From an uncultured delta proteobacterium (GTDB taxonomy: Bacteria; Myxococcota_A; Polyangia; Fen-1088): DNA of 64,000 nt. The position numbers were made by a program, and so were the translations under genes. Location of the stretch: positions 224,001 to 288,000 of the forward strand of contig CAWCMR010000005.1 of assembly GCA_963796685.1 (NCBI GenBank), given 5' to 3'. The first letter of the stretch is position 1. Every line of letters starts with the position of its first letter. The notes under the pieces were generated by a model. That model worked only from the letters and a program-made list of their open reading frames with translations. It was not told the DNA's origin and made no database searches. Positions 19,095 to 27,946 of the stretch are shown here, piece after piece.

Positions 19095-22000
19095 TCAGCC
19101 ATGCGCCGTGTGCTGGCGGGCGAGCTCGAGGATGCGGCGATGTTCGGGGATGCGGGTGAGAAAGGACTCGCGCATGGCAGGGTCGTCGATGGTTTGGGCG
19201 CGGGCGTGGAGCCATTGCGCGGCGGCGGTCACCGCTGCTTGCGCGGCTGGCTGGTCCCCGGTGGCGATCAGGCACTCGGCGAGCTCCAAGCGAATGGTGG
19301 CCTCGCCGTCGTCTACAAAGCCGAGACGATCGAGCTGAGCATGTGCCTCGCGAGCGTTGGGGAGCGCTTCGTCCAGGCGACCTTGGGCAACAAGGGCGCG
19401 AGCCAGAAGGGCGAGCGCGAAGGGACGGGCGGAGGGCACTGGATCCCACGTCGTCATGGCCGCGCGAGCGAATTGCTCGGCACGTGGGTAGTCGCCCGCC
19501 AGGAACTCGGTTACCGAGAGATACGCCTCGGCAAACCCCTGAAATCGTCGATCGTTTTGAGCGCTGGTCACGGCTACAGCCTGCTCGCCAACTGCGCGTG
19601 CCTCGTCAAGCGATCCCTCGTACGCCAGGATGTTCGTCAAGGCCTGAAGACAACCTCCAAGCAGGTGCTTCATGTCCATCCTCTTGGCGGTGTTCAAGAC
19701 TTGACGCATGCGCGACTCGGCCTCTTCCAGTAGGCCGAGCTCGATGAGCGTCACTCCCAGGCTTCCAAGTGATTGGCACGCATCTCGTCGAACGCCTAAG
19801 CTCTCGAAGTGATCCGCGACGCGTCTCTGAAGTGCCACTGTCTCAGCAAGATTGCCTCTACCACGCAAGCCAAACACTCTCGATTGCATTGCTTTGCCAA
19901 CAAGGCGTGGCTCCAAGCATTCTCGTGATTCTTCCAGAAGGGCAAGGGTTCGCTCGCGCACGTCGTTGTCGCCACCAAGCGCGAGGTAAGCCGTGCCAAT
20001 CACCACGCACGTAAGCCAGGCATTCAGCAACTCAGGCTCCGCCGGTCGTTCGAGGCCCCGGAATAGCGCCGCAATCTCCTCATACTTGGCCTGCGGCCCA
20101 AGCGCATCGAAAAGCGCGCTCAGCGCACGCAATCGAATCCGGGCGTCGCTGGAAAGGAGTGCCTGCCGGCCGGCCAACTCTGCCTCTCTGTACTCGCCTC
20201 GCCAATAGTGCGCCTCCGCCTCGATCACACGCATCGCGCACAAATCCTCGCCCTCCGCGCCGAGACCCGCGGCCCGCTCGACGCGCGCAATGGCCTCCAC
20301 CAAGTCATCCGCATCGAGCGCCTGCTGCGCGGCCACGGCCAGCCAGTGAATGGCCCGCGCCTTTTCTTCCGCGCGCTCGAAGTGGTCGGCCAGCACGATG
20401 CCGTCGCGCTCTCCCGCCTGCTCCAGATACTGGCCAGCAAGCAGGTGGCCCAAACGCTCTTCCTCGGCCGGTAGCATCTCGTAGGCCGCTTGGCGCAGAA
20501 GCGCGTGGCGGAATGCATACTCGCGCAGCTCGCCGGTCGACCGCGAAAAGAGGATCTCCTGCTTTTCAAGGATGTCCAGCCAGCGGTCCACGTCCTTGCG
20601 CACGTTCCCGTCGACCAGGGCCTTGACCCCCGCGGGCCGAAAGACCTGGCCAAAGACGCTACCCGCGCGCAACACCAGCTTGGCGTCCGGGCCGAAGCCG
20701 TCGAAGCGCGCCTGCACCATGGCCAGCACGGTGTCGGGCAAGTTGCTGTCGTCGCCTACCGTGCCCCCGTCGGCCACCGCGCGCAGCAATTCCTGCAGAT
20801 AGAAAGGATTCCCTTGCGCGCGTTCCACGATCCAGCGCGCGCTCGGCTCGGAAAGGTCGGCCGCCACGTGCTCGACCATGCGCTGGCTCCAGCGCGGCGA
20901 GAGGGGCGCCAGCTTGATGTGCTGCGAGTTGCGCTCGCTCCACAAGCCGGGAAAGCGCCGTTCGACCTGGGGGCGCGCAAGCGCCAGGACCATCAGTGGT
21001 TTCTCGGCCAGCACGCGCAAGGCCGCGTCCACGAGGCTCACGCTGGGCGCGTCGCCCCAGTGCAAGTCTTCCAGCACGAGTAGCACGGGATGCTGGCTGC
21101 ACACCGCCTCGATCCATTCCAGCCAGGCCATGAGCTTCTGGTCGGCCATCAGGCGCGCGTCTTTGCGGGCCGCGCGCAAGGGCAGAAGATCGTCGTCGGG
21201 GAAGGGCAAATTGGCTAGCTCGCCAAGAAACGCCACCGTCGCCGCCGTGCGCGGGCCATCCTCTTCGGGCAGAAAGCGCGCGATATGGGCGGTCAGGAGC
21301 CTCCGCTGCTCGGCCTCGGGCTCGCCGCCGGCGATCCCGGAAGCCGCCAGCAAGGCCGGACCCAACAGCGCGAACGGCGCGCTGGCGCGCATGGGATCGC
21401 CGCGGCCGACCAGAAGCTCGAAGGGGCGGCCTCGGCCTTGGATGCGCTCGCGGAATTCATGGCAAACCCGCGATTTGCCGCCGCCCGCTGGCGCCGTCAT
21501 CAGCATCACGCGCGCCGCCGGCTCCTCGCACGTCTCGATCCACAGGGTTTCCAAGAGGTCAATCTCGCGCGCGCGGCCGAAGCAGGGCATCTCTTGCCCC
21601 ATGAGGGTCCGTGGCACTTCGGGAAGTCCCTTCTCGAACAGCAAACGCGAGGCTTCGTCCGACAGCGGCTGGAGCTCGAAACGGCTTTCAATCAGGCGGG
21701 CGGTGGGGCCATCGACGTGGATCGTCCCGACCGGGGTATTGGCCAACAAACCAGCCGCCTTGACGGTGGCTTGCTGCAACGAGAGCGTGCCCCCGGACTC
21801 GGTGCGGCTGGAGCTCATGCCCAGGCTGGACTCGGGAAAGACACTATTCAGGCGCAGCGCCAGACGCGCGGCTTGCGCGCTCTGGTCCGCGGGGATGCGC
21901 AGCCCCGTGAAGGCGACGGCCGTCAGCCCATCGGCCGTGTGCTCGGCCCGCGCACCGTAGGCGGCCAGCAAGTCCCGTAGCGCCGCTTCGCGCGTCTTAC

Positions 22001-22939
22001 CGTGATCGTCTCCCAACGCTTGCGAGAGCCCGGAAATGACCAGCACCGCGGCCACACGCTGTTCGCTCGCCGAGAGCGTCCGGCTTTGCCGCGGGGACGG
22101 CAGGTCCAATCCCGCCGCCGCCAAACCCTCGGCCACCGCGGCCAGCTCGTCGGAGAGCTTTCCGGCGTCGTCCGGCCGCTGTTCGGGTTCCAGTGCCAGC
22201 ATGGGCTCCAGCAAAGCCCGCAAAGTCTGCGGCAACGCCGAATACAGCTCGGCCAGCTCTGCATCGTCCCAGGTGTCCGTCTTGCTGCCCTGGTTTCCGT
22301 GCCAGCGGGGCGGCTTGCCGGTCGCACATTCGACCAGCACACAACCCAGGGAAAAGATGTCCGCGCGCCGGTCGACCGCGTCTCCGTCGCGTGCCTGCTC
22401 GGGCGCCATGTACAGCGGCGTACCGATCGCAGTACCCGGCCGGGTCACTTGCCAATCGTCGTGCGCCCCGCGAGCAATGCCGAAGTCGAGCACCTTGACT
22501 TGGTCGAGCTCGGCCGCGGGCAAGAATAGATTGGACGGCTTGATGTCGCGGTGGACGATACCGCGCGCGTGCGCCGCAGCCAGCGCCTGCAGGACGCGGC
22601 TGCCCAGTCGAGCCGCAGCCGTGGGACCGACCGCCCCGCGCGCCAGTCGATCGGCCAGGGTCTCGCCATCCAGCCACTCCATGGCCAGGTAGGGCTCGCC
22701 CTGTGCGGTGGCCCCGTGGGCCACGTAGCGCACGATGGCCGGGTGCGCGAGCGCGGCCAGGGCTTCTGCTTCGCGCAGGAAGCGCTCGGTGGCCAGGGAT
22801 CCCTGGCGGTGCAGCACCTTCAGCGCCACCGGCTGGCCGTCCACCCGATCGCGGGCGCGGAACACCATCCCATACCTCCGCTGCCCACCAGCGCCTCGAC
22901 CTCGAAGCGCTCGCCGAAACGCCTCTGCTCGCTTGCCAC
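19095..22939 (-). CDS. Ser/Thr kinase - degenerate cyclase-like - STAND ATPase - TPR protein with a 1-nt frameshift near 22870 (pseudogene or sequencing error)
   Basis: GGAGGAG RBS, GTG...RFEVEALVGSGGMG in one frame continues as MVFRARD in another (ATG GG ATG); HRDIKPSN, DFG, APE; APAGGGKSR Walker A; LVLEDLHWGD Walker B; C-terminal helical repeats. Confidence 0.85.
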
Positions 22940-23142
22940 GCACACAGGCTCCTCCCGGGTCTCGTTCAGGCCTTCATCCTTCACGGTGCCTGAACGGAAG
23001 ATACACGAAAAGGCGTTCAAGTGATGGGCATCACGCTAGACGAGCGATAGCCGCAGAAGGTCGCGGCCGTGGGGCGAAAGTTTTGCAACGTCTTGCGGAA
23101 CGGTCTTGACCAATCCGCATTGTGTTGCAGAATGGTCAGGTC

Positions 23143-24264
23143 GTGGAGCGAGCACAAACGAAAGCGATCCTTCGCGATCTCGACAAGAAGATGGTTCTCT
23201 TGTCCGGTCCCCGGCAGGTGGGTAAGTCGTACCTGGCTCGCACGCTGATGGCCGGATTCCGCGCGCCACAGTACCTCAACTACGACAGTGCCCAGGACCG
23301 CGCAGTCATCAGGGCCGAGTCCTGGCGGGGCGACACGGATCTGCTGATCCTCGACGAGCTGCACAAGCTTCCCCGCTGGAAAAGCTACCTCAAAGGAATC
23401 TACGACACGCGGGGGCCGCATCTCCGCATCCTGGTGACGGGCAGCGCCCGGCTCGAGACTTTCCGGCAATCGGGCGACAGCCTGGCTGGCCGGTATTTTC
23501 TGCACCGGCTGCTTCCGGTCTCGCCGGCCGAGGCCGGCCAGGCGGGCATCAGCGCCGGGATGGATCGTTTCCTCGATAGCGGTGGTTTTCCCGAGCCGTT
23601 CCTCTCCAATGATCCGCTGGACGTAGGGCGCTGGAGGCGGCAGTACCTGGACGGTCTGGTTCGCGAAGACATTCTCGCTTTCGACAACGTCCATGAGCTG
23701 AGGGCCATTTCCCTACTGGTCGAGCTGCTGCGCGAGCGGGTTGCGTCGCCGCTCAGCTACCAGAGCCTGGCCGAGGATCTGGGCATCGCGCCCAATACGG
23801 TCAAACGTTACGTCGAGATCCTGGAGGCGCTGTATATCGTCTTCCGCGTGCAGCCCCACACCCGCTCGATTGCGCGCTCGCTTCAGCGGCAGCCGAAGCT
23901 GTATTTCTACGACACCGGGCTGGTGAAGGGAGACGAGGGACAACGCCTGGAGAACCTGGTGGCGATGTGTCTGCAGAAGCACCTCTTCTATCTGGAGGAT
24001 CGCGACGGGAAACCGCGCTCGCTCCACTACCTGAGAACCAAGGAAGGCAAGGAGGTGGATTTCGTGACGGTCGAAAGCGGGCAGCCCCTGCTGATGGTCG
24101 AAGCCAAGGCGAGCGATCACGCCCTCACCCTCGGCTTGCGCTACTTTCGCGACCGGTACGGCATCCGCGGGGTGCAGCTCGTGGGCGATCTTCGTGTGGA
24201 GACAGAGCACGACGGGCTTTCGGTGCGCCAGGCATTCCCTTGGTTGCAGGCGTTGGAAGCGTGA
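23143..24264 (+). CDS. AAA_14 ATPase with DUF4143-type C-terminal domain
   Basis: GPRQVGKS, LILDELHK, TGSA, GGFPE, KLYFYDTG, EVDF..EAK motifs; start uncertain (23122 or 23143). Confidence 0.9.
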   Translation: MERAQTKAILRDLDKKMVLLSGPRQVGKSYLARTLMAGFRAPQYLNYDSAQDRAVIRAESWRGDTDLLILDELHKLPRWKSYLKGIYDTRGPHLRILVTGSARLETFRQSGDSLAGRYFLHRLLPVSPAEAGQAGISAGMDRFLDSGGFPEPFLSNDPLDVGRWRRQYLDGLVREDILAFDNVHELRAISLLVELLRERVASPLSYQSLAEDLGIAPNTVKRYVEILEALYIVFRVQPHTRSIARSLQRQPKLYFYDTGLVKGDEGQRLENLVAMCLQKHLFYLEDRDGKPRSLHYLRTKEGKEVDFVTVESGQPLLMVEAKASDHALTLGLRYFRDRYGIRGVQLVGDLRVETEHDGLSVRQAFPWLQALEA

Positions 24265-24300
24265 AAAGTACCCTCGGAGAGGAACTCCGCAACCTTTCCA

Positions 24301-24328
24301 TTGACACTGGACAGTGTTTGACTATCGT
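24301..24328 (+). promoter_or_regulatory. Sigma70-like promoter with an overlapping palindrome (ACACTG-GA-CAGTGT)
   Basis: TTGACA at 24301, TATCGT at 24323, palindrome 24304-24317 between the boxes; ATG at 24340. Confidence 0.5.
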
Positions 24329-24339
24329 ATCCACTGCCA

Positions 24340-25617
24340 ATGGAAAGACGCTTGCTCAAGGAAATCCTGCTCGACCAGCGAGCGGTCTTCGACCAGAAGC
24401 GCTCGGGAACGCGCCGGGATGTCCTTCCCGAGGTGGGGCGCCACATGGGAAAGCCTCACGCCATCACCCTGACTGGGGTCCGGCGCTGTGGCAAGTCGAC
24501 CTTGTTGCGCCAGGTCGCGGAGCAGTTCCTCTCATCCGGGTACCACTACTGCCACTTCGAAGACGAGCGACTTCTCGGTTTCGAGGCCCGGGACTTCGGG
24601 CTTTTGCATGAGGTCCTCATCGAGTGCTTCGGCGAGCAGAGGGTGATGTTGCTGGACGAGGTTCAGAATGCCCCGGGGTGGGAGACCTTCGTGCGCCGCA
24701 TGCTCGAGTCGGGGCGCAAGTTCATCATCACCGGTTCCAACGCCGCGCTCCTCTCCCGCGAGCTGGGCAGCAAGCTGACCGGTCGCCATGTCACGGTCGA
24801 CCTCTTTCCATTCTCTTTCCGCGAGTACCTGCGGCACTTGGGCGTGGATGCAAACGAAGAAATGCTGCTGCAGCCCGCTGGCCGCGCCACTCTCGCGCGC
24901 CATCTGACGACGTACCGGCTGCACGGCGGGTTTCCGGAGCCGCTGATCTACGATTCTCCCGACCTTCTCACGCAACTCTACGACGACATCCTTTACCGCG
25001 ACGTAGCCACCCGTCACGACATCAAGAACACCCGCGCCCTGCGCGAGCTGGCCCTCTACTACATGAGCAACGTGGCCACGCTGGCGTCGTTCAACAAGCT
25101 GAAGGCCTCGCTGGGTTTGGGAAGCGTCACCACGGTGTCGGCGTATACGGATTTCTTGGTGCAGGCTTTCGTTCTGGCCACGGTGCCGGTGCACGATGCT
25201 TCGGTGAAGCGACGGTCGATCGCTGCCAAGAAGGTGTATGCGGTGGATACCGGGCTGGCCAACCGGGTTTCGCTCAGCTTCTCGCACAACCTGGGCGCGC
25301 TCACCGAGAACATGGTCTTCCTGGAGCTGCTCCGGCGCGGCGCCGACGTGTCGTACTACCGGACTGCGAGCGGCCGCGAGGTCGACTTCGCATGCCGGCG
25401 CGGCCGGGCTTTGTCCAAGCTCGTCCAGGTGACCCTGTCGCTTGCCGACCCGCAGGTCCGCACGCGCGAGGTGGCCGCCATGACCGAGGCACTGGAGGAG
25501 CAGGAGCTCGACGTCGGGCTGGTGCTCACCGAGAGCGATCGTGAGGACATCGTCGTGGGCAAGCGGACGATCCAGGTACGCCCGCTGGCTGGTTGGCTCT
25601 GCGACCTCGACCGCTGA
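24340..25617 (+). CDS. Second AAA_14/DUF4143 ATPase
   Basis: GVRRCGKST, LLDEVQN, ITGSNA, GGFPE, KVYAVDTG, ENMVF, EVDF motifs. Confidence 0.9.
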   Translation: MERRLLKEILLDQRAVFDQKRSGTRRDVLPEVGRHMGKPHAITLTGVRRCGKSTLLRQVAEQFLSSGYHYCHFEDERLLGFEARDFGLLHEVLIECFGEQRVMLLDEVQNAPGWETFVRRMLESGRKFIITGSNAALLSRELGSKLTGRHVTVDLFPFSFREYLRHLGVDANEEMLLQPAGRATLARHLTTYRLHGGFPEPLIYDSPDLLTQLYDDILYRDVATRHDIKNTRALRELALYYMSNVATLASFNKLKASLGLGSVTTVSAYTDFLVQAFVLATVPVHDASVKRRSIAAKKVYAVDTGLANRVSLSFSHNLGALTENMVFLELLRRGADVSYYRTASGREVDFACRRGRALSKLVQVTLSLADPQVRTREVAAMTEALEEQELDVGLVLTESDREDIVVGKRTIQVRPLAGWLCDLDR

Positions 25618-25960
25618 GACAAGCCGGTTAACGCTCCGCTCAGCCTCCAGGAGCGGAGCACGAAGCCCCTAGAAGACCAGGGCATTTCAGACTGTGGGCG
25701 AGGCGAGCGGCCCAAGCGCGGGCGTCACCGTCGTCCAAGATCACGGTTGCATCCGGCAAGGTCAGGGCCAAGTCGAGCGCGCCACTTTCACCAACGCCAA
25801 GTTCGGAGTAGTCGTGTTCAACGACAGCCCTCCGGATTTCGATCCAGGGCTGGCGAAGGTCCGGAACCTCGTGCCCCCTCACACGGCCTTGGGCAAGCTC
25901 CTGCTCTACCTGGAAGGGGACGACGATTTTGCCAAACAGAAGCGGCAGCAGCTCAAGACG

Positions 25961-26006
25961 GCGCAGCAGGTGCAAGTAGATCAGCGCAGCAGGTGCAAGT
26001 AGATCA
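25961..26006 (+). repeat. 23-bp perfect tandem duplication GCGCAGCAGGTGCAAGTAGATCA, ending a gene remnant (about 25694-26002)
   Basis: Two adjacent copies at 25961-25983 and 25984-26006; the second shifts the frame to a stop. Confidence 0.8.
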
Positions 26007-26029
26007 GCGGCGACGTATTCGAGACGGTC

Positions 26030-26293
26030 TCAGGCACGGGTGGACCGCAACGCCGCGAGCTCGTGGGCCAGCTCTTCCGGGCTTTCTTGGAAGGCGTTGA
26101 CGCCGAACTCCCCCAACCTATATAGGAACTCGACCCTGGTAATGCCAGCCAGGGCTGCCGCAGCGCCGGACGACAACTGCCCCAGCTCGTGTAGCTTCAT
26201 GGCCGCCGCAAGGCGCTCCCTGCCCTCTGCCTCGGATGGTGAAGGCCCCAGCGCCCGAAGGGTTACCTCTGGTAGCTCGATGGAAAGGGTCAC
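26030..26293 (-). CDS. UPF0175-family protein (antitoxin-like HTH), orphan
   Basis: LAAAMKLHELGQLSSGAAAALAGITRVEFLYRL signature; no PIN partner downstream. Confidence 0.8.
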   Translation of the reverse strand: MTLSIELPEVTLRALGPSPSEAEGRERLAAAMKLHELGQLSSGAAAALAGITRVEFLYRLGEFGVNAFQESPEELAHELAALRSTRA

Positions 26294-26319
26294 AAGTCCA
26301 AGTGTACCAGGTGGATTCT

Positions 26320-26820
26320 CACTCGGTGGGCTGTTTCAAGGCGGCCTCGCCCTTCGATGCGGCGAAGCACGGCCAAGACTTCGGGCGGGGTAATTTCCGC
26401 GATGGGGCGCGAGCCAATCCAGGGATAGGCGTCCTTCTCAAGCCGGCCCTTCACGCCCCTGGCGTGGGATGGTGCCCAAGTGCTCTCGAACTTCGCCAGC
26501 CACTCCTTGGCGATGGCCTCGAGGGTGTTAGTTAGCCCTGCGGTGGCTCGGGAGGCCCTCAGCGCCTGCCTGTGCGCGCTTGGGTCGATGCCATCGCGAA
26601 GAAGCTTGCGTGGCTCGTCTCGCTTCTCGCGGGCCGCGGCCAGTGTGATTTCTGGGTATGTACCAAGGGACAGCAGCTTTTCCTTCTTGGCGATGCGGTA
26701 CTTGAGCCTCCACCACTTGCCGCCGGCTGGGGCGATTTCCAAGTACATCCCGCCTATGTCGTAGAGGCGCTTCCGCTTCCCCGTGGGCTTGGCTTTCTTG
26801 CAAGCTGTCTCGGTCAGCAT
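26320..26820 (-). pseudogene. Truncated P4-like integrase (arm-binding and core-binding domains only)
   Basis: MLTETACKKAKP...LYDIGGMYLEI...KWWRLKYR...LSLGTYPEITLAAAR; ends at ETAHRV with no catalytic domain; downstream of a tRNA. Confidence 0.88.
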
Positions 26821-27023
26821 TGGGGGTAACTCCCAGGCCCGCTTCTTCGACGGTGTGGCTTTCTTGTGCGTGGTGGGGGTAACTCCCAAGTCAGCCTCCC
26901 CGACGGTGCGGCTTTCATAAGAGCGATGGCCGCCAGCATTTGGGGGTAATTCATGGGATCCGAACCTCTTGCTTGGGGGTAACTGGTTTTCGATCCAGCG
27001 AGTTACCCCCAGGGTTACCCCCA
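26821..27023. repeat. Six TGGGGGTAA(C/T) motifs, probable integrase arm-type binding sites
   Basis: Direct copies at 26821, 26874, 26941, 26974; inverted copies at 27002 and 27014; all lie between the tRNA 3' end and the integrase start. Confidence 0.8.
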
Positions 27024-27139
27024 CGCTCTGGAGGCTGTCAACGAACGCAGGCGGACGCTTGCGGAGCCAAAATGCCCCTAAGTCGTTGAATTCTCTAGCG
27101 GCGGCGAACCTGTGCGGACGGCGGCGGAACCTCAGTTTG

Positions 27140-27213
27140 TGGGCGCGGCGGGACTCGAACCCACTACCCCCGGCTTCGGAGGCCGGTACTCTATCCAGAT
27201 GAGCTACGCGCCC
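27140..27213 (-). tRNA. tRNA-Arg(CCG), CCA not encoded
   Basis: GGGCGCG acceptor, TAGCTCA-TCTGGATAGAG D arm, CCGGC-CT-CCG-AA-GCCGG anticodon arm, GGTTCGAGTCC T arm. Confidence 0.95.
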
Positions 27214-27282
27214 GGAACCCACGATTCATAGCCCGCGCCTCGCGCCAGCGCAAGCTCGCCCCGATCCCGCTGTAACCGCAAA

Positions 27283-27359
27283 GGTCGTGGTCGCGGTCGT
27301 GGTCGTGGCCCTGGCCCTGGTCGTGGTCGTGGTCGTGGCCGTGGCCGTGGCCGTGGCCG
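27283..27359. repeat. G(T/C)CGTG hexamer tandem array (about 13 units)
   Basis: GGTCGTGGTCGCGGTCGTGGTCGTGGCCCTGG...GCCGTGGCCGTGGCCG; same unit as around 16941-17636. Confidence 0.8.
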
Positions 27360-27783
27360 ATTCATCCTCGGCCACGGACGAGCAAGAAAAATCCTTGCCA
27401 GAGCAAGAAGCCACATCCTTCGCCGCGCTGGCGCATTGCATTTTCCAGGGTGGCAATGCGATGTGCCGCCATGCGTGTGCATGTACGGAACGCTCAGCCA
27501 TGTGGGTGTCACTTTTTTGACGATCAGAAGAGCGAAGCCAATTAACTGATTGAAAAGATTAGGCCGTCAATTCTATGACCATTAGCCAGTGTGTTGACGA
27601 TAACGCGGATCATGACAATTGCGCGCAACGGACGCGGCCGAAATTCATTGATGAAACTGCGCAACAACCCAAACAACCGTCAATACCATGTCCAATAGTC
27701 ACACAATTGACTTGTGTTCGGCATAATTGAGTGTTCTAATGAAGTCAGCCCATTCAATTGGCACCCAACCAAGGAGAAGGACC

Positions 27784-27852
27784 ATGAAGAAAAAGGCAGG
27801 ACTCAAGGTGAAGACCAAGGTTCGCAGCGGCGGGGGTCTCTGGCCCAGGTAA
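27784..27852 (+). CDS. 22-aa peptide MKKKAGLKVKTKVRSGGGLWPR (basic leader + GG + short core); candidate signalling/RiPP-like precursor
   Basis: AAGGAGAAGG RBS just before ATG, AT-rich upstream region, downstream hairpin; below the ORF-track length cutoff. Confidence 0.7.
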   Translation: MKKKAGLKVKTKVRSGGGLWPR

Positions 27853-27877
27853 TTCACCGCTCGTCATACGTGTTGAT

Positions 27878-27913
27878 CGAGGACGCCGTCCCTAGGAAGG
27901 GCGGCGTTTCTCG
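27878..27913. terminator. GC-rich hairpin between the convergent peptide and kinase genes
   Basis: CGAGGACGCCGTCC-CTAGGAA-GGGCGGCGTTTCTCG forms an about 14-bp stem with one bulge and G-U pairs. Confidence 0.65.
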
Positions 27914-27946
27914 TCTTGCGTCTGTGCGGCAACCTGCGCTGCACGA

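Noticed and set aside
26821-27222. N-terminal extension of the 310-aa integrase ORF
   Set aside because: It runs through the tRNA and the arm-site repeats; integrase homology starts at ATG 26820.
27204-27520. ORFs with PRPRPR, ATATAT or VVVAVA tracts
   Set aside because: Translations of the hexamer repeat, not credible proteins.
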